Source: Eledone cirrhosa
Lineage: Eukaryota
Assembly: GCA_964016885.1 (NCBI GenBank)
Contig: OZ024741.1
Location: forward strand, 61,256,001-61,320,000
Length of the DNA stretch: 64,000 bases
Reading direction: 5' to 3'
Shown here: piece by piece, positions 53,264-64,000 of the stretch
How positions within the stretch are numbered: the first letter of the stretch is position 1
Layout of the letters: each line of letters starts with the position of its first letter
Made by a program: the position numbers and the translations under genes
Notes under the pieces: generated by a model
What the model saw: the letters and a program-made list of their open reading frames with translations, nothing else
Database searches by the model: none
What the model was told of the DNA's origin: nothing

Positions 53264-53310
53264 TATACATATGTATATATATGATATATATATATATATA
53301 TTTATATATA
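52620..53310. repeat. TA-rich minisatellite (ACACATTATATATATGTATATAT units)
   Basis: Direct inspection. Confidence 0.9.
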
Positions 53311-53579
53311 TATGCAGGTGTACATATATATGTTAATGTGTATCTGCTTATCTATGATGTGTTAGCTCATACATGTATAAGTGTATATATGTATGCATGT
53401 GTCTCTTCGTACATGTGCAGGTGCATGAATGTCAATGTCTGTCCTTTTATGCTTGTGTATTAAAGTATGTTTGTATATGTGTGTGTATGTGTGTTTCTGC
53501 ATGTGTATGTATATGCATGCACCACCACCACCACCACCACACACATATACACATGAATTTTACAGCTGCTATCATTTTA

Positions 53580-54110
53580 TAAAACAACAAATACATCAAC
53601 ATCATCGACAACAAAGACACAATAAGTACAATAACAACAACAACAACAACAAGAAAAACCACTGCATCAGAAACAATAATTACATCATCAGCAACAACTG
53701 CAACAACATAAACATGAAACAAATATATCATCATCAACCATAACAATAAGAGCATTAACAACAATCACAACCACATCCAGATAAAACAACCACAACAACA
53801 ACAACAGCAACAACAACAGCAATAGCAACAACAACAGCAACAACAACAACCACCGCAACAACCACAACAAAAACAACACTCACAACCACACCAACCACAA
53901 CAAACAATAACAGCAACCACAACTACAACAAAAACAACCACAAAATCAACTACAACAACAACTGCAACAACAACACCCACAACAACCACAAACAACAACC
54001 ACAAACAACAACAACACCCACAACAACAAACACAACAACAACAACTACAACACCCACAACAACAACTACAACCACAACAACCACAACTACAACAACCACA
54101 ACAACATCAA
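53580..54110. repeat. Degenerate (CAA)n/(CAC)n microsatellite
   Basis: Direct inspection. Confidence 0.9.
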
Positions 54111-54555
54111 AATGAAATAAAACAATGGAAACCATTTCAAAAGAAAGAAGTATTAGAAAGAGAGTAAAAAAGCCCAAAGAATTGCTCTGGCTCTGTAGCC
54201 ATTCCTTGTTCATTAAGAAATTGTAAAATGTTCTTTTGTATTGGAAAAAAGAAAGTCAGTTTTACTGGAAGAAAAGAACAGATGAGAAAGAGAGAGAGGA
54301 AGAAGGAGAGAGGAGTGGAGGGTGGGAGGAGGGGAAGGAGTGAAAGTGAAAGTGTTTGCTATTTTTCTCCTCTTTTCTCTCACCCTCCTCCTCTCACTCT
54401 CATTCCTCTCTCCTTCCCCTCCTCTCTCCTTCTTCCTCTCTCTCTTTCTCATCCCACATCTTATGTTAACTATTTTCCCATTTTGACGCTATAGTCACTT
54501 ATATATTATGGAATACTGTTGGCTTATTGCTACAATAATTTCTATACTTTTCATT

Positions 54556-54597
<42 letters not shown>

Positions 54598-54816
54598 AGT
54601 GTCTCTCTCTCTCTCTTTATATATATATATATATATGTATGTATACAGACACACATACATACATAAGTATACATATATACAAAAAAATACACACACACAT
54701 GCATGTAATATATACACACATAAATATATTGGGTGAGTGAGAAAGGTATACAAAGAGTAATATATATATATATATGAATCTCTATGTATAGTATATAACT
54801 ATAAAGTAAGAGATAG

Positions 54817-54866
<50 letters not shown>

Positions 54867-55116
54867 AGAGAGAGAGAGAAATGTGCATACAAAGAATTTT
54901 TATTGTCATATTCATGAAGTGAATACATTTTTTTTAAATCATTAAAATATGTAAAACAAACAATAGATACTGAAAGAAATTTATTCTAAAGTCTTTTAAA
55001 ACTGTAAAATTGTTGTCAAATGTGGAGATGGCTGGGTAACCAGGGTAGCTTTTTTAGCTTTTAGCATTCTGTAATGATTTAGAAGAAAATGCTAAAAATA
55101 AGTTTGTTAATTCAAA

Positions 55117-55620
55117 TCATCATTGATTAACATCCATTTTCCTATGCTAGCATGGGTTAGATGAGTTGTCCTGTTGTAAGCAATGTTAAGTCAGGTGACC
55201 ATGTCTTGTTCATATAGAACTGCTTTTGGCTTTGTTTCTACAACTGGATGCCCTTCTTAACACCAACCCCATTTAGTTAGTACTGGGTGCCTTTTGTTGC
55301 CATCATGACCACTTTACAGTGTAGACTGGATGTTTTTTGTGGTGACACCTACATGACCATTTTACAGTGTAGACTGGATGTTTTTGTGGTGACACCTACA
55401 TAACCATTTCACAGTGAAGACTGGATGTTTTTTTGTGGTGACACCTACATGACTACTTTACAGTGCGGACTGGATGTTTTTTGTGGCGACACCTACATGG
55501 CCACTTTACAGTGTGGACTGGATGTTTTTTTGTGGTGACACCTACACAACCACTTTACAGTGGGGACTGGGTGCTTTTTGTCACCATTACGACCACTTTA
55601 CAGTGTGGACTGGGTGCTTG
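55117..55620 (-). repeat. RTE/SINE 3' tail with ~42-bp tandem array (about 8 units)
   Basis: CCACTTTACAGTGTGGACTGGATGTTTTTTGTGGTGACACCTACATGA repeated at about 55305-55620. Confidence 0.85.
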
Positions 55621-55869
55621 TTTATAGCAACTCTTTGATAGGAAGATTGTTGAGAAAATTTGCAGTATTAACGTAAATACTTTAACATTTAATGTGATGC
55701 AATCATAGTGCTGTTTTGTACTTTTCAAGAATATCTTGCTAATGTGGTTTCATGTGCCTTCTTAATTCGAATGCTACACTGTCTTTACTAGTGGAGAGTT
55801 TCCCCTATAGTCTTCCTAGGGGGACAGGATAAGAGGCTCAACAGGACAAATATAACATCAATGACCAAG

Positions 55870-57340
55870 AATGAAGTATGGACTCAGGACCATATCAGCC
55901 AAACAACGTTTACTGAGAGAAGAAATTTAAGCTTTCAATAAGCAGTACAAAGTAGTACATAAGCAGTGAAAGAGCAGGCACCAAGGATCTAATGGGTCAA
56001 CTCTAGGAAAATCTCTACAGACTCTGAAGAGCAGGAAGAATACAGAAGCAGAGGAGAGAGAAGGACAGGAATAGGTATAAGTTTATTAAAGACCCTTTTC
56101 GATTCACCAGACAACTATGAGAGGAAGCAAAATCTGGGAGGTTGAACAACCTCAGAGAAGACGTAGAGGAGTTCTTGAGATAGTCACACAATGACCTACT
56201 CAGAAACCAAGCTATGGGCACCAACCCATTGGCGGAGCTGAAACACCCCCCAAAAAGCTCAACACCAGTGCACCATCCTAGAGGGAAATCAAAGAGGTGG
56301 TAAAAACAGCTAGAATGGGATCTGCCCCTGGCCCAAGCACTATATATTACAAGGTGTATAAGAAATGCTCATTGATCCTTCGGAAATTGTGGAGGTTCTT
56401 CCGGTTGATCCAGCGAAGAAGAACAATTCCATCATGTTGGAAAAAGGCAGAGGGCTCTTTTGTGCCAAAGGAAGACAACTCTTCAGTCATCAGCCAATTT
56501 AGAATGATCTCACTCCTAAGTGTGAACGGCAAGATCATCTTCTAAGTACTGGCCAAAAGAATGACTTGGAATTGGCAATTGTAACTGGCTGAACAACCAC
56601 AATCTCCCCCATTCTCTTCATAATAGGAATGAACCTCCTTTTAATGGTTGTTGACAAAGAATCCCAAGGACCAAGTGTGTTATTGGAGTCCAACAACACC
56701 GAATAACAGGTTTCATGGATGATCTCACTGTGACAACCACAATTCAGGAGGTGGTGAGTTGGGTGTGGTGACATGGGTAAGGATGAGGTTCAAGCCAAGG
56801 AAACCTAGATGTTTGGTGATCAGGAAAGCTAGAGTGATAGAGAAGTGCAGATTGCAAGTGAAGTAGGAGATTATCCCACCAATCCAGAGAAACCCAACAA
56901 AATGCTTGGGGAAGTGGTTTAATGACTCACTTTCTGACAGGTATAATATTAACAATACAGAAAGATAGACTGAGGAATGTCTGGTGAGAATTGAGAAATC
57001 AGGGTTCTACCAGCACAGTCTACTGTTGAGACTGATATGGCTGCTAACCATGTATGAGGTTGCTATGTCAAGAGTGGAGAGCATGGAAAGGTAGATCGAC
57101 AAATACCTCCAACAGTGGTTGGGAATCCCTCCAAGCTTCACTAAAGTTGGCCTCTAGATAAGATTAGGACAGCTTCAGATTCCCCTGACATCTGTGGTGG
57201 AGGAATCCAAGGCAACAAAGTGCAGAATGAGGATGATGTTTAAAGACTCACAGAACACACTAGTCGAAGATACAGGTGTCACAACAAGATCAGGACTCTA
57301 CTGTCACATGCCATAGCTAAGGGACATCATCAGAATAACA
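55870..57340 (+). mobile_element. Hero-like (R2/NeSL group) non-LTR retrotransposon remnant, RT region
   Basis: ARMGSAPGPSTIYYKVYKKC, WKKAEGSFVPKEDNS, QFRMISLLSVNGKIIF, TISPILFIIGMNLL, FMDDLTVTT, MRFKPRK, KCLGKWF, WLGIPPSFT. Many stops and deletions. Confidence 0.8.
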
Positions 57341-58145
57341 TGTATGATAAATGAAGGCTGGACACTGTCTGATGACATAAACACCTCCTGACAGGTGAAT
57401 GGGAGGCATCTTCTTGAAGATGTAATTATGTCTGTAAATTTGCTGTATTACAGTAGATAATTTAATATTTAATGTGATGCAGTCATAGTGCTGTTATACT
57501 TTTCAGGACTGTCTTCCTATGCTTTGTCAATTCAAATATTTATACTGCTAGACAGATTGCAAATATTCGCAAGTAAACTAAAGAATTTAATTTTTAATGT
57601 GATGCAGTCATAGTACTGTTTTGTACTTGCTAATGTAGTTTCACATAGTACAGGACACTAAAAGTTAATGTTGATTTTGTTGTTAAAACATTTGATTTTA
57701 CAGTATTGTGTCATGTTATTTTGTGTTTTTGTTCTTGTTGCTTTTTGTTAAAAAAATGTTTTGTTTGTTTCTAGTAGACACATCAGGAGTAAGAGATTTG
57801 TTTTGTAATCATTAGGTCCCATGATCAATCCCACTCCTGGACAATTGTTAACTACTATAGCCTCAGGATGACACATGCATTGTGTAGACAAGGTAGTATG
57901 GAGTCATTTTACAGAATATATTTTAAATATTACTATTGAATAACTGATAGTGCCTCTACTTCTACCCCCATCACTCATGCACACACCACAGATTAGAAGA
58001 GAATATCAGTGTGTACTGTGGGATAGCACAACTGACTAGAATAAACATTAGAAGCTTCTATATACAAACTCTGAAAGCTTCTATTGTTAAATGGATTCCA
58101 GAATACTGAAATTCAAACCCTATGTCCACTCCTAATCACACACTA

Positions 58146-58199
<54 letters not shown>

Positions 58200-58201
<2 letters not shown>

Positions 58202-58572
58202 CACATATTGTGTATTGAATAATATAGGGGATGTTTATGAAAGACATTTGACAGCCTTTTACTAAGAATTTTTAAGGTTGTGACAAATGTCATGCACCTA
58301 ACCTCAGCAAAATCAGGGGAATTTCATCAGCTCATAAACATAAGCAGAAATCTCTCAGATTCTAGTTTATTCTAACCTCAGAGGAATTGAGGAAATATGT
58401 AGTTTTGATAAATGCAAAACAGCAAGAAAAAATGCATTGTCAATTACTTCCCCCCTGCTTTCACTGAGCTTATGTGTGTGACATTTGTCACAATCTTAAA
58501 AATTCATAGCGAAAGGCCTTCAAATATTTTTTAAAAAACGTCCTGCATATTATTCAATGTACAATATGCACA
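58200..58572. mobile_element. Foldback MITE with ~120-bp terminal inverted repeats
   Basis: CATATTGT..ATTGAATAATAT...GAATTTTTAAG.TTGTGACAAATGTCA...CTCAG...CAGGGG (58200-58320) is mirrored at 58448-58572. Confidence 0.8.
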
Positions 58573-58734
58573 TATATATGTATACCACTATGTTGGAGCC
58601 CCAATACAAATTATATATATATATTCTGTATAGAAGTCTCAAAACATTAAATCATATATATATAGATATATATGTGTGTATGTAGATATTTATATCTGTA
58701 TGTATGTATGTATGTATGTATGTATGTATGTATG

Positions 58735-59185
58735 TCAAAGGACGAAGGAGCTCTTAAGAGTCAATGGCCATCCAAAATCACCGGGAGAGATGACCCCTTA
58801 GCCTTTGTCAAGGCAGAATTCTAGAAGGAAAACTCTGATATAACACCTGCAACCCTGATGGTATCCAATGATGTTGACTTGTTCTTTTTGGTAAATATCA
58901 TCTTGGTTAAGAGAGTGGGACTGGCTTTGTGCAGTGCCTTGGCTCACTATAAAAGCTTCACGGTACAGGCATTGCTTTATATCTGGAGATCTCTCTGCAC
59001 TTGTCGTCACATGGTACCATGGGCCCAGCACTATGTGTCAATAATTGTCACAAGTGTAGTGTTTGTACCAGAGTTTTCAAGTCGCTGGCTGGACTAAAAC
59101 GTCACACTCGTTCAGCGCATCGGTAGGGGTTCTCCTACATGGATATAAAGTAGTGGCCGTACTCGAAAACGAGTTGGCAGCCACC

Positions 59186-59188
<3 letters not shown>
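58735..59188 (+). mobile_element. BovB-type RTE 3' end with C-terminal C2H2 zinc finger
   Basis: 59049-59126 translates HKCSVCTRVFKSLAGLKRHTRSAHR*. Short UTR ends GGCCGTACTCGAAAACGAGTTGGCAGCCACCATG, then (TA)n. The 5' extent is uncertain. Confidence 0.65.
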
Positions 59189-59231
<43 letters not shown>

Positions 59232-59275
59232 ATGTATATATATGTATGTATGTATGTATATATATATATATATAT

Positions 59276-59664
59276 GAAAATTAGAATTGATGCTCTGTGA
59301 TAGCGATATATATATATGAATGTATATATAGTGTATTTTGCAATAGACTGTATGCTTAATTAGAAGCATTTTGAAGACCTTATGCTATTGTTTTAAAGTA
59401 GTGACTATGTCACTTACTTCTTTTTTCAACAAACAAAGGGAGATAAGCTGACAGATCTCTGTTTCATACTGTTGGTATTCCTCAGAGCTGAGCACTCCCC
59501 TTGTTTCTTGAAAATTATGAATGTTGGATTCTTATAGAATTCCAGTAATAATCAGGAACTGATTATACAGAGCGGTTCCCGGTCCAGCAAAAATTGAAAA
59601 TTAGAATTGGTGCTATGAAATAGCGATATATATATATATGAATGTATATATAGTGTATTTTGCA
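59276..59664 (-). mobile_element. Candidate retrozyme or Penelope-type pseudo-LTR: 320-bp unit with ~67-bp terminal redundancy
   Basis: Direct repeats at 59276-59342 and 59596-59664. Contains a hammerhead and several hairpins. No ORF. Left end in (TA)n. Confidence 0.7.
59423..59514 (-). ncRNA. Type I hammerhead ribozyme with extended stem I
   Basis: Minus strand: UUUUCAAGAAACAAGGGGAG UGCUC AGCU CUGAGGA AUAC caaca GUAU GAAA CAG agau CUG UC^ AGCU UAU CUCCCUUUGUUUGUUGAAAA. Core intact, GUC triplet, predicted cut between 59450 and 59449. Confidence 0.85.
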
Positions 59665-59719
59665 CCCTCCCATACATCTTCCATGTGGATAGTCTGAAGC
59701 ATATATCTAGTGAAGTCTC

Positions 59720-60236
59720 CAGCCCACACTGTAAAGTGGTTGTGATGGCAACACAACAAAAAGTGCCCACCCTACACTGTAAAGTGATCATGATGGCAAC
59801 ATGGCAAAAAGCATTTAGCCCACACTGTAAAGTGGTTGTGTAGGTGTCTCGACAAAAATCACCCAGCCTGCACTGTAAAGTGGTTGTGTAGGTGTCACAA
59901 CAAAAAACAGCTTGTCCACGCTGTAGTGTGGTCATGTAGGAGTCATGACAAAAAGCACCCAGTACTCACTGAAAAGTGGTTGTGTAGGTGTCACAACAAA
60001 AAGCACTCAGCCCACATCATAAAGTGGTTTTGTCAGTGTCATGACAAAAAGCACCCAGTACTCACTGTAAATGGGGTTGGCATTAGGAAGTGCATCCAGC
60101 TGTAGAAACAAAGCCCAAATCAGTTCTGTATGAGCAAGGCAAGGTCACCTGACCTAGCATTGCTCACAACAGAACAACTCGTCTAACCCATGCTAGCATG
60201 GAAAAATGGACGTTAAATGGTGATGCTGATGATGAT
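59720..60236 (+). repeat. RTE/SINE 3' tail with ~42-bp tandem array (8-9 units)
   Basis: CACACTGTAAAGTGGTTGTGTAGGTGTCACAACAAAAAGCACCCAGCC units, then GCATCCAGCTGTAGAAA and (GAT)n. Confidence 0.85.
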
Positions 60237-60620
60237 ATCATCATCATCATCACCGTTTTACGTCTATTCTTCCACGCTAGCATGGGTTAGACGGGTTGTC
60301 CTGTTGTGGGCAGTGTCCGGTCGGCTGACCTTGTCTTGCTCATACGGGAACTGATTCTGGCTTGATTTCTACAGCTGGATGCCCTTCCTAACACCAACCT
60401 CAGTTACAGTGAGTGCTGGGTGCTTTTTTCTGTGGCGCCTACACGTCCACTTTACAGTGTGGGCTGGGTGCTTTTTTGCCGTGGCACCTCCACGACCACT
60501 TTGCAGTGAGAGGGTGTGGGGGGCATATTGTCTATATGCTTCAGCTTTGGCTTGTACCCATGGGGGGTCGGGTATTCTGTATTACTGCGTGACACCAGAG
60601 GTCATGGTCATGTGTCATCA
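60237..60620 (-). mobile_element. RTE subfamily A 3' end
   Basis: Matches 22788-23160. Tail-to-tail with the previous element at GATGATATCATC. Confidence 0.9.
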
Positions 60621-60964
60621 CTTGTGCATAACACTGAAACCACCCCATTATGCAACATTATTATACCAACTATATTACTTGTAAAATAATCTTTCCTCTA
60701 GAATAAAGCATATATAATAATAGGTATATTGATACCACCATCACATAGAGTACTCAGCAATAGACGAAATAACCAACTAAAGGCTTACACAACATGCCAA
60801 CACCCAACTAAATTGTTCAATTATTAATCATACAGAGAACCACTTCATTACAAAAGACCCACACAACACCCACAGTATTCTTAGACCAATACAATCCTAT
60901 ATTTTATTTCTCTCCAAAGAAAAATAACAGTACTAACATCTATTCCCCAATATGAGAAAATACT

Positions 60965-61185
60965 TGTCTGGGAACTAGTATTGCAGTGATGATGGTGTCA
61001 TATCTGCTGATGATGGCTGTTTTACCAACAGGATGAAAGCTTCACCATTGGGATCCAAGTACTGCAATACTGATAGTCAAAGTTTATGAACTGCAAAGGG
61101 GAATATGTCTAAAAATAAACCTCATTTGGTCACATTCCACGAGAGTATCTTGGTCAGCCAATGAACTTTTCAGCTGACCCTCATA
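60965..61185 (+). mobile_element. mariner transposon 3' remnant with right TIR
   Basis: QQDESF..GIQVLQY...NCKGEYV resembles the mariner transposase C-terminus (GI.AL..RW.KC...G.YVE). Ends GGTCAGCCAATGAACTTTTCAGCTGACCCTCA|TA. Confidence 0.7.
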
Positions 61186-61334
61186 TATCTTAATAGAACA
61201 ACCTGAAAATAGAGGCTCAAATGCTGGATAGTGGAGATGAATCTTCATTAACAATCACAAGAGCCATAGAAAATGACTAATTATCCAGCTAAGAAAACAT
61301 GAAAATGAACACCAGTCAACAACTGACTCTATAA

Positions 61335-62712
61335 CAATTTAACATTTAAACTGGCCGTATCAGGCCAGAACTCTCTCACCTATTTATGTTCAAACTAGCA
61401 GTAACTGGCCACACATACTGACGTTAAGGTATTGTTCTCAAAATAAATAACGTCAAATTTTCGTAGATTCAATATCATGTGAGATAATTATCTATACATA
61501 TATATAAAACTATAGTTGTCTGTGTGTGTCTTCATTTTTGCAAAGTCTATACAAATCCACATTTCTACTCCGATTGACTTCAAACTTGTATTTATATATT
61601 CCTTGCAGTCTAAAGATATTAACTGGAGCTTTTATTTTTCAATTTTCTGTTGTTAAAGAGGTGTTAGGCGCTGGTTATCGATCTCCGTCGCACCCTTATA
61701 ATATCTGTCTGTATGTCTGTATGTCTGCATTACAACATTATGACAAACATTGATGACGTATTATGTTTGCTATTTTTCGTTCATTGCCAGGGAATGTCTT
61801 CACGAACCAAAGTATCGTCTTCCTGTTTTCCTTCGGTTGCAACGTTTTTCGAAATATTTACTTCTGCGTTCACAGGTTGATTTTTTTAGTTTCAGAAGAT
61901 CCCGTTAAGGGTGAAAGCAGCGATTCTTTGCTTAAACTTTAATATGTTATTTTAATATATAATATAAGGGAGGCAAGCCAGCCCAGTTGCCACTTCTTGC
62001 CAATAAACATTAACCCTTTGTGCACCATTCATCTAACTGTAGACCAACAAATACCAACTAAACGGAGCATTGACAAGAATGATGGCGAATGAATCTTCGA
62101 GGTAAGCAGTTTCCTCCCGAGCTGTTTACGCGGGATTCTCTGCTACACCTTTTCATAATAATACCGAACAACGTACTGCTGGTCACTTCTTCCTCCAAAA
62201 GCCGTACAAAGCGGACATGTACATCAGGCAGATGGATCAGGTGCAAATCTACACCAGGCCTATGCGAGAAATTTGCAAGGGACTGCACCGACAGAGATAG
62301 AGAGAAAGAGTAACTTAGTGGAAAGAGTGCAAATGAACTTTTGAGGTACACCTTACTGCTATTGCACTGGAACCTTCTGCCAACTTAACCTGTGACTTTC
62401 TCTTTCACATTTACTCCAATAGGCCAAAACAGGGGAGTATGAAAAGAAGGGGCGCAACAATATTTCTATGAACAATGCACGTAGACAGCTAAACTGTACT
62501 TTCAACTTCTTAATTTTCTCCAAATAAAACAAGTTTCCTGTTGGTATATTTTTGTGAGCTTTTAACAGGCACTCACAAATAAACGTTTCTCATTGGAGGT
62601 GCTATTACTAATGTTCTTACCCGTGCAATGCCGGGATACACTGCTAGTGTAAGATAAAACCTTTACTATGAAAATACAATAGTATATATAGAGCAATGTA
62701 AATACTAAAGGG
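61335..62712. mobile_element. piggyBac-like MITE split by a Helitron
   Basis: 61335-61490 joined to 62648-62712 aligns with the reverse complement of the intact MITE 30449-30671. ATAA on both flanks. Confidence 0.8.
61491..62647 (+). mobile_element. Non-autonomous Helitron
   Basis: A|TCTATACATATATATAAAA 5' end, subterminal hairpin CCCGTGCAATGCCGGG, CTAG|T 3' end, no TSD. The empty site can be reconstructed from the MITE at 30449. Confidence 0.85.
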
Positions 62713-64000
62713 ATAAACTTTAATGTTATCTATAACAAATATAGAGATGGTCAAACCACACTATCTAATTACCCCCTGACTGCCACAATTCCACTTCATC
62801 CGTATTTGATTATAACATTTTGATCAGTTTCTTTTTGTTTTTGTTTTAAATTTGTTCTTGCATGGTTTAATCACAGATTTCCCATTTGCTTCCCAAAATG
62901 GGCCCATCCCACCACCACCGCCACTTGTCTATCAAATTATAATCATGCCCCCAAAGAGATAGAATTGAATCAGATCAAATCAAATAGATTAATTTTTCAT
63001 TTGCTATGAAAACAGTATAAACTTAACTGCAGGGTAAAGAATCCATATAACAATTATATATATATATACATATATATAGAACAAATTTTAGGAAACCTAC
63101 TCCATATTTTGATAGAAAACCAATGTTCCATAGAAAAGAACAAAACGCCTAAATATGGAGATAATGAAACTCAATTGCTCATAAGATCTCAAATATTCAG
63201 CTGTTTACATCTAAAATATTTCATATTTACCAAATATTTTCTTTTTCAGAAAACATATCCAATATTTATAAACAGCAATATTAATTTAACGAGAAAAATA
63301 GAGCATATTTTACTGTAGATAAAAATTGAAATATATTTTCAGCAAAATTTTTTGTTTGCCTCACATTGTTTAGTGTTGTTGTTATTGTTTTCTGTTATTT
63401 TGCTTTTGTTAACTTGAATAAACTTGGAAATTTCTACTTCTGCATTGTCATGGAAATAATTTGAAATAATTACATTTTGATATGGAATTCTTTCAAATTC
63501 TTTTGTATATGCCCAACTTTCTAAGTGAGTTCTAACCAGTCATTTATTTATAAAATTCTGTGATTGTTTAGAACAATTCATGCCGCTATTCTATTTCAAT
63601 GTTGTTGATTCAACTGTGTGCATTTGTATGCAAAAAATAAACAGAAATTACAAAGGAAATGATACAATACAATGAATAAATATGTTACTTTTATGCTTGA
63701 TATAGCAGGAAAACAATCATAACGTTTTGGATGATAGTACTTCATCAAAAAATAGAATGAGAAATTAAAGAAGAAACAGAAAGATAGAAGAGAGTAATCA
63801 AAGGCAGAAACGAAAAATATTTCTTGGAGAAAAAGCAGGACTGTTCAGGTTGTCATCTCTTGGAACACTGTTGAATTCGGCATTTTGGCAAGAAAAGAAC
63901 AGTTTTTCTTTCAAACTTTATTCTGAAAACATGACTGTACTCCAGTTTAATCACTTTTATTAAGGATACTTGTCTATTTCCATATTATTTCATTATGCTT

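Noticed and set aside
52511-54213. Many Ile/Tyr, poly-Val and poly-Cys ORFs
   Set aside because: Translations of (TA)n and (CAA)n microsatellites.
59049-59126. C2H2 zinc finger as a host ZNF gene exon
   Set aside because: Single finger with no TGEKP linker, followed by a stop and a BovB-type RTE 3' terminus shared with 22528-22563.
61005-61050. CTGATGA...GAAAGCTTC hammerhead-like motif
   Set aside because: The base of stem II and stem I do not pair, and the sequence lies in a mariner transposase remnant.
63780-63930. Possible minus-strand terminal exon after TTTTCAG
   Set aside because: Only a short frame with no recognisable homology or codon signal. Cannot be supported from sequence alone.

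Overview
This is an AT-rich eukaryotic window full of microsatellites. Its repeat families look like those of a cephalopod (octopus-type) genome, which is an inference from repeat content only. I could not recognise any host protein-coding exon, rRNA, true tRNA gene or CRISPR array, and most ORFs in the track are translations of microsatellites or antisense frames. The window is mostly decayed mobile DNA. Non-LTR retrotransposons include several RTE-clade LINE subfamilies ending in (GAT)n (several copies carry a PHD finger inside the reverse transcriptase), plus Tx1-like, R4/Dong-like and Hero-like remnants. There are also three tRNA-derived SINE families, piggyBac-like and Tc1/mariner MITEs, a solo LTR and a non-autonomous Helitron. 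The most striking item is at 59276-59664: a highly structured unit with a 320-bp period and terminal redundancy that carries an intact extended type I hammerhead ribozyme on the minus strand, i.e. a candidate retrozyme or circular-RNA retroelement. Two other TA-flanked inserts carry degenerate hammerhead-like motifs. Other notable patterns are a split of retroelements between (TA)n/(GAT)n and (ATT)n landing sites, recurrent tail-to-tail pairs, a twin-priming-type inversion, a circularly permuted SINE and several cleanly resolvable nested insertions. Boundaries of old repeats are approximate.
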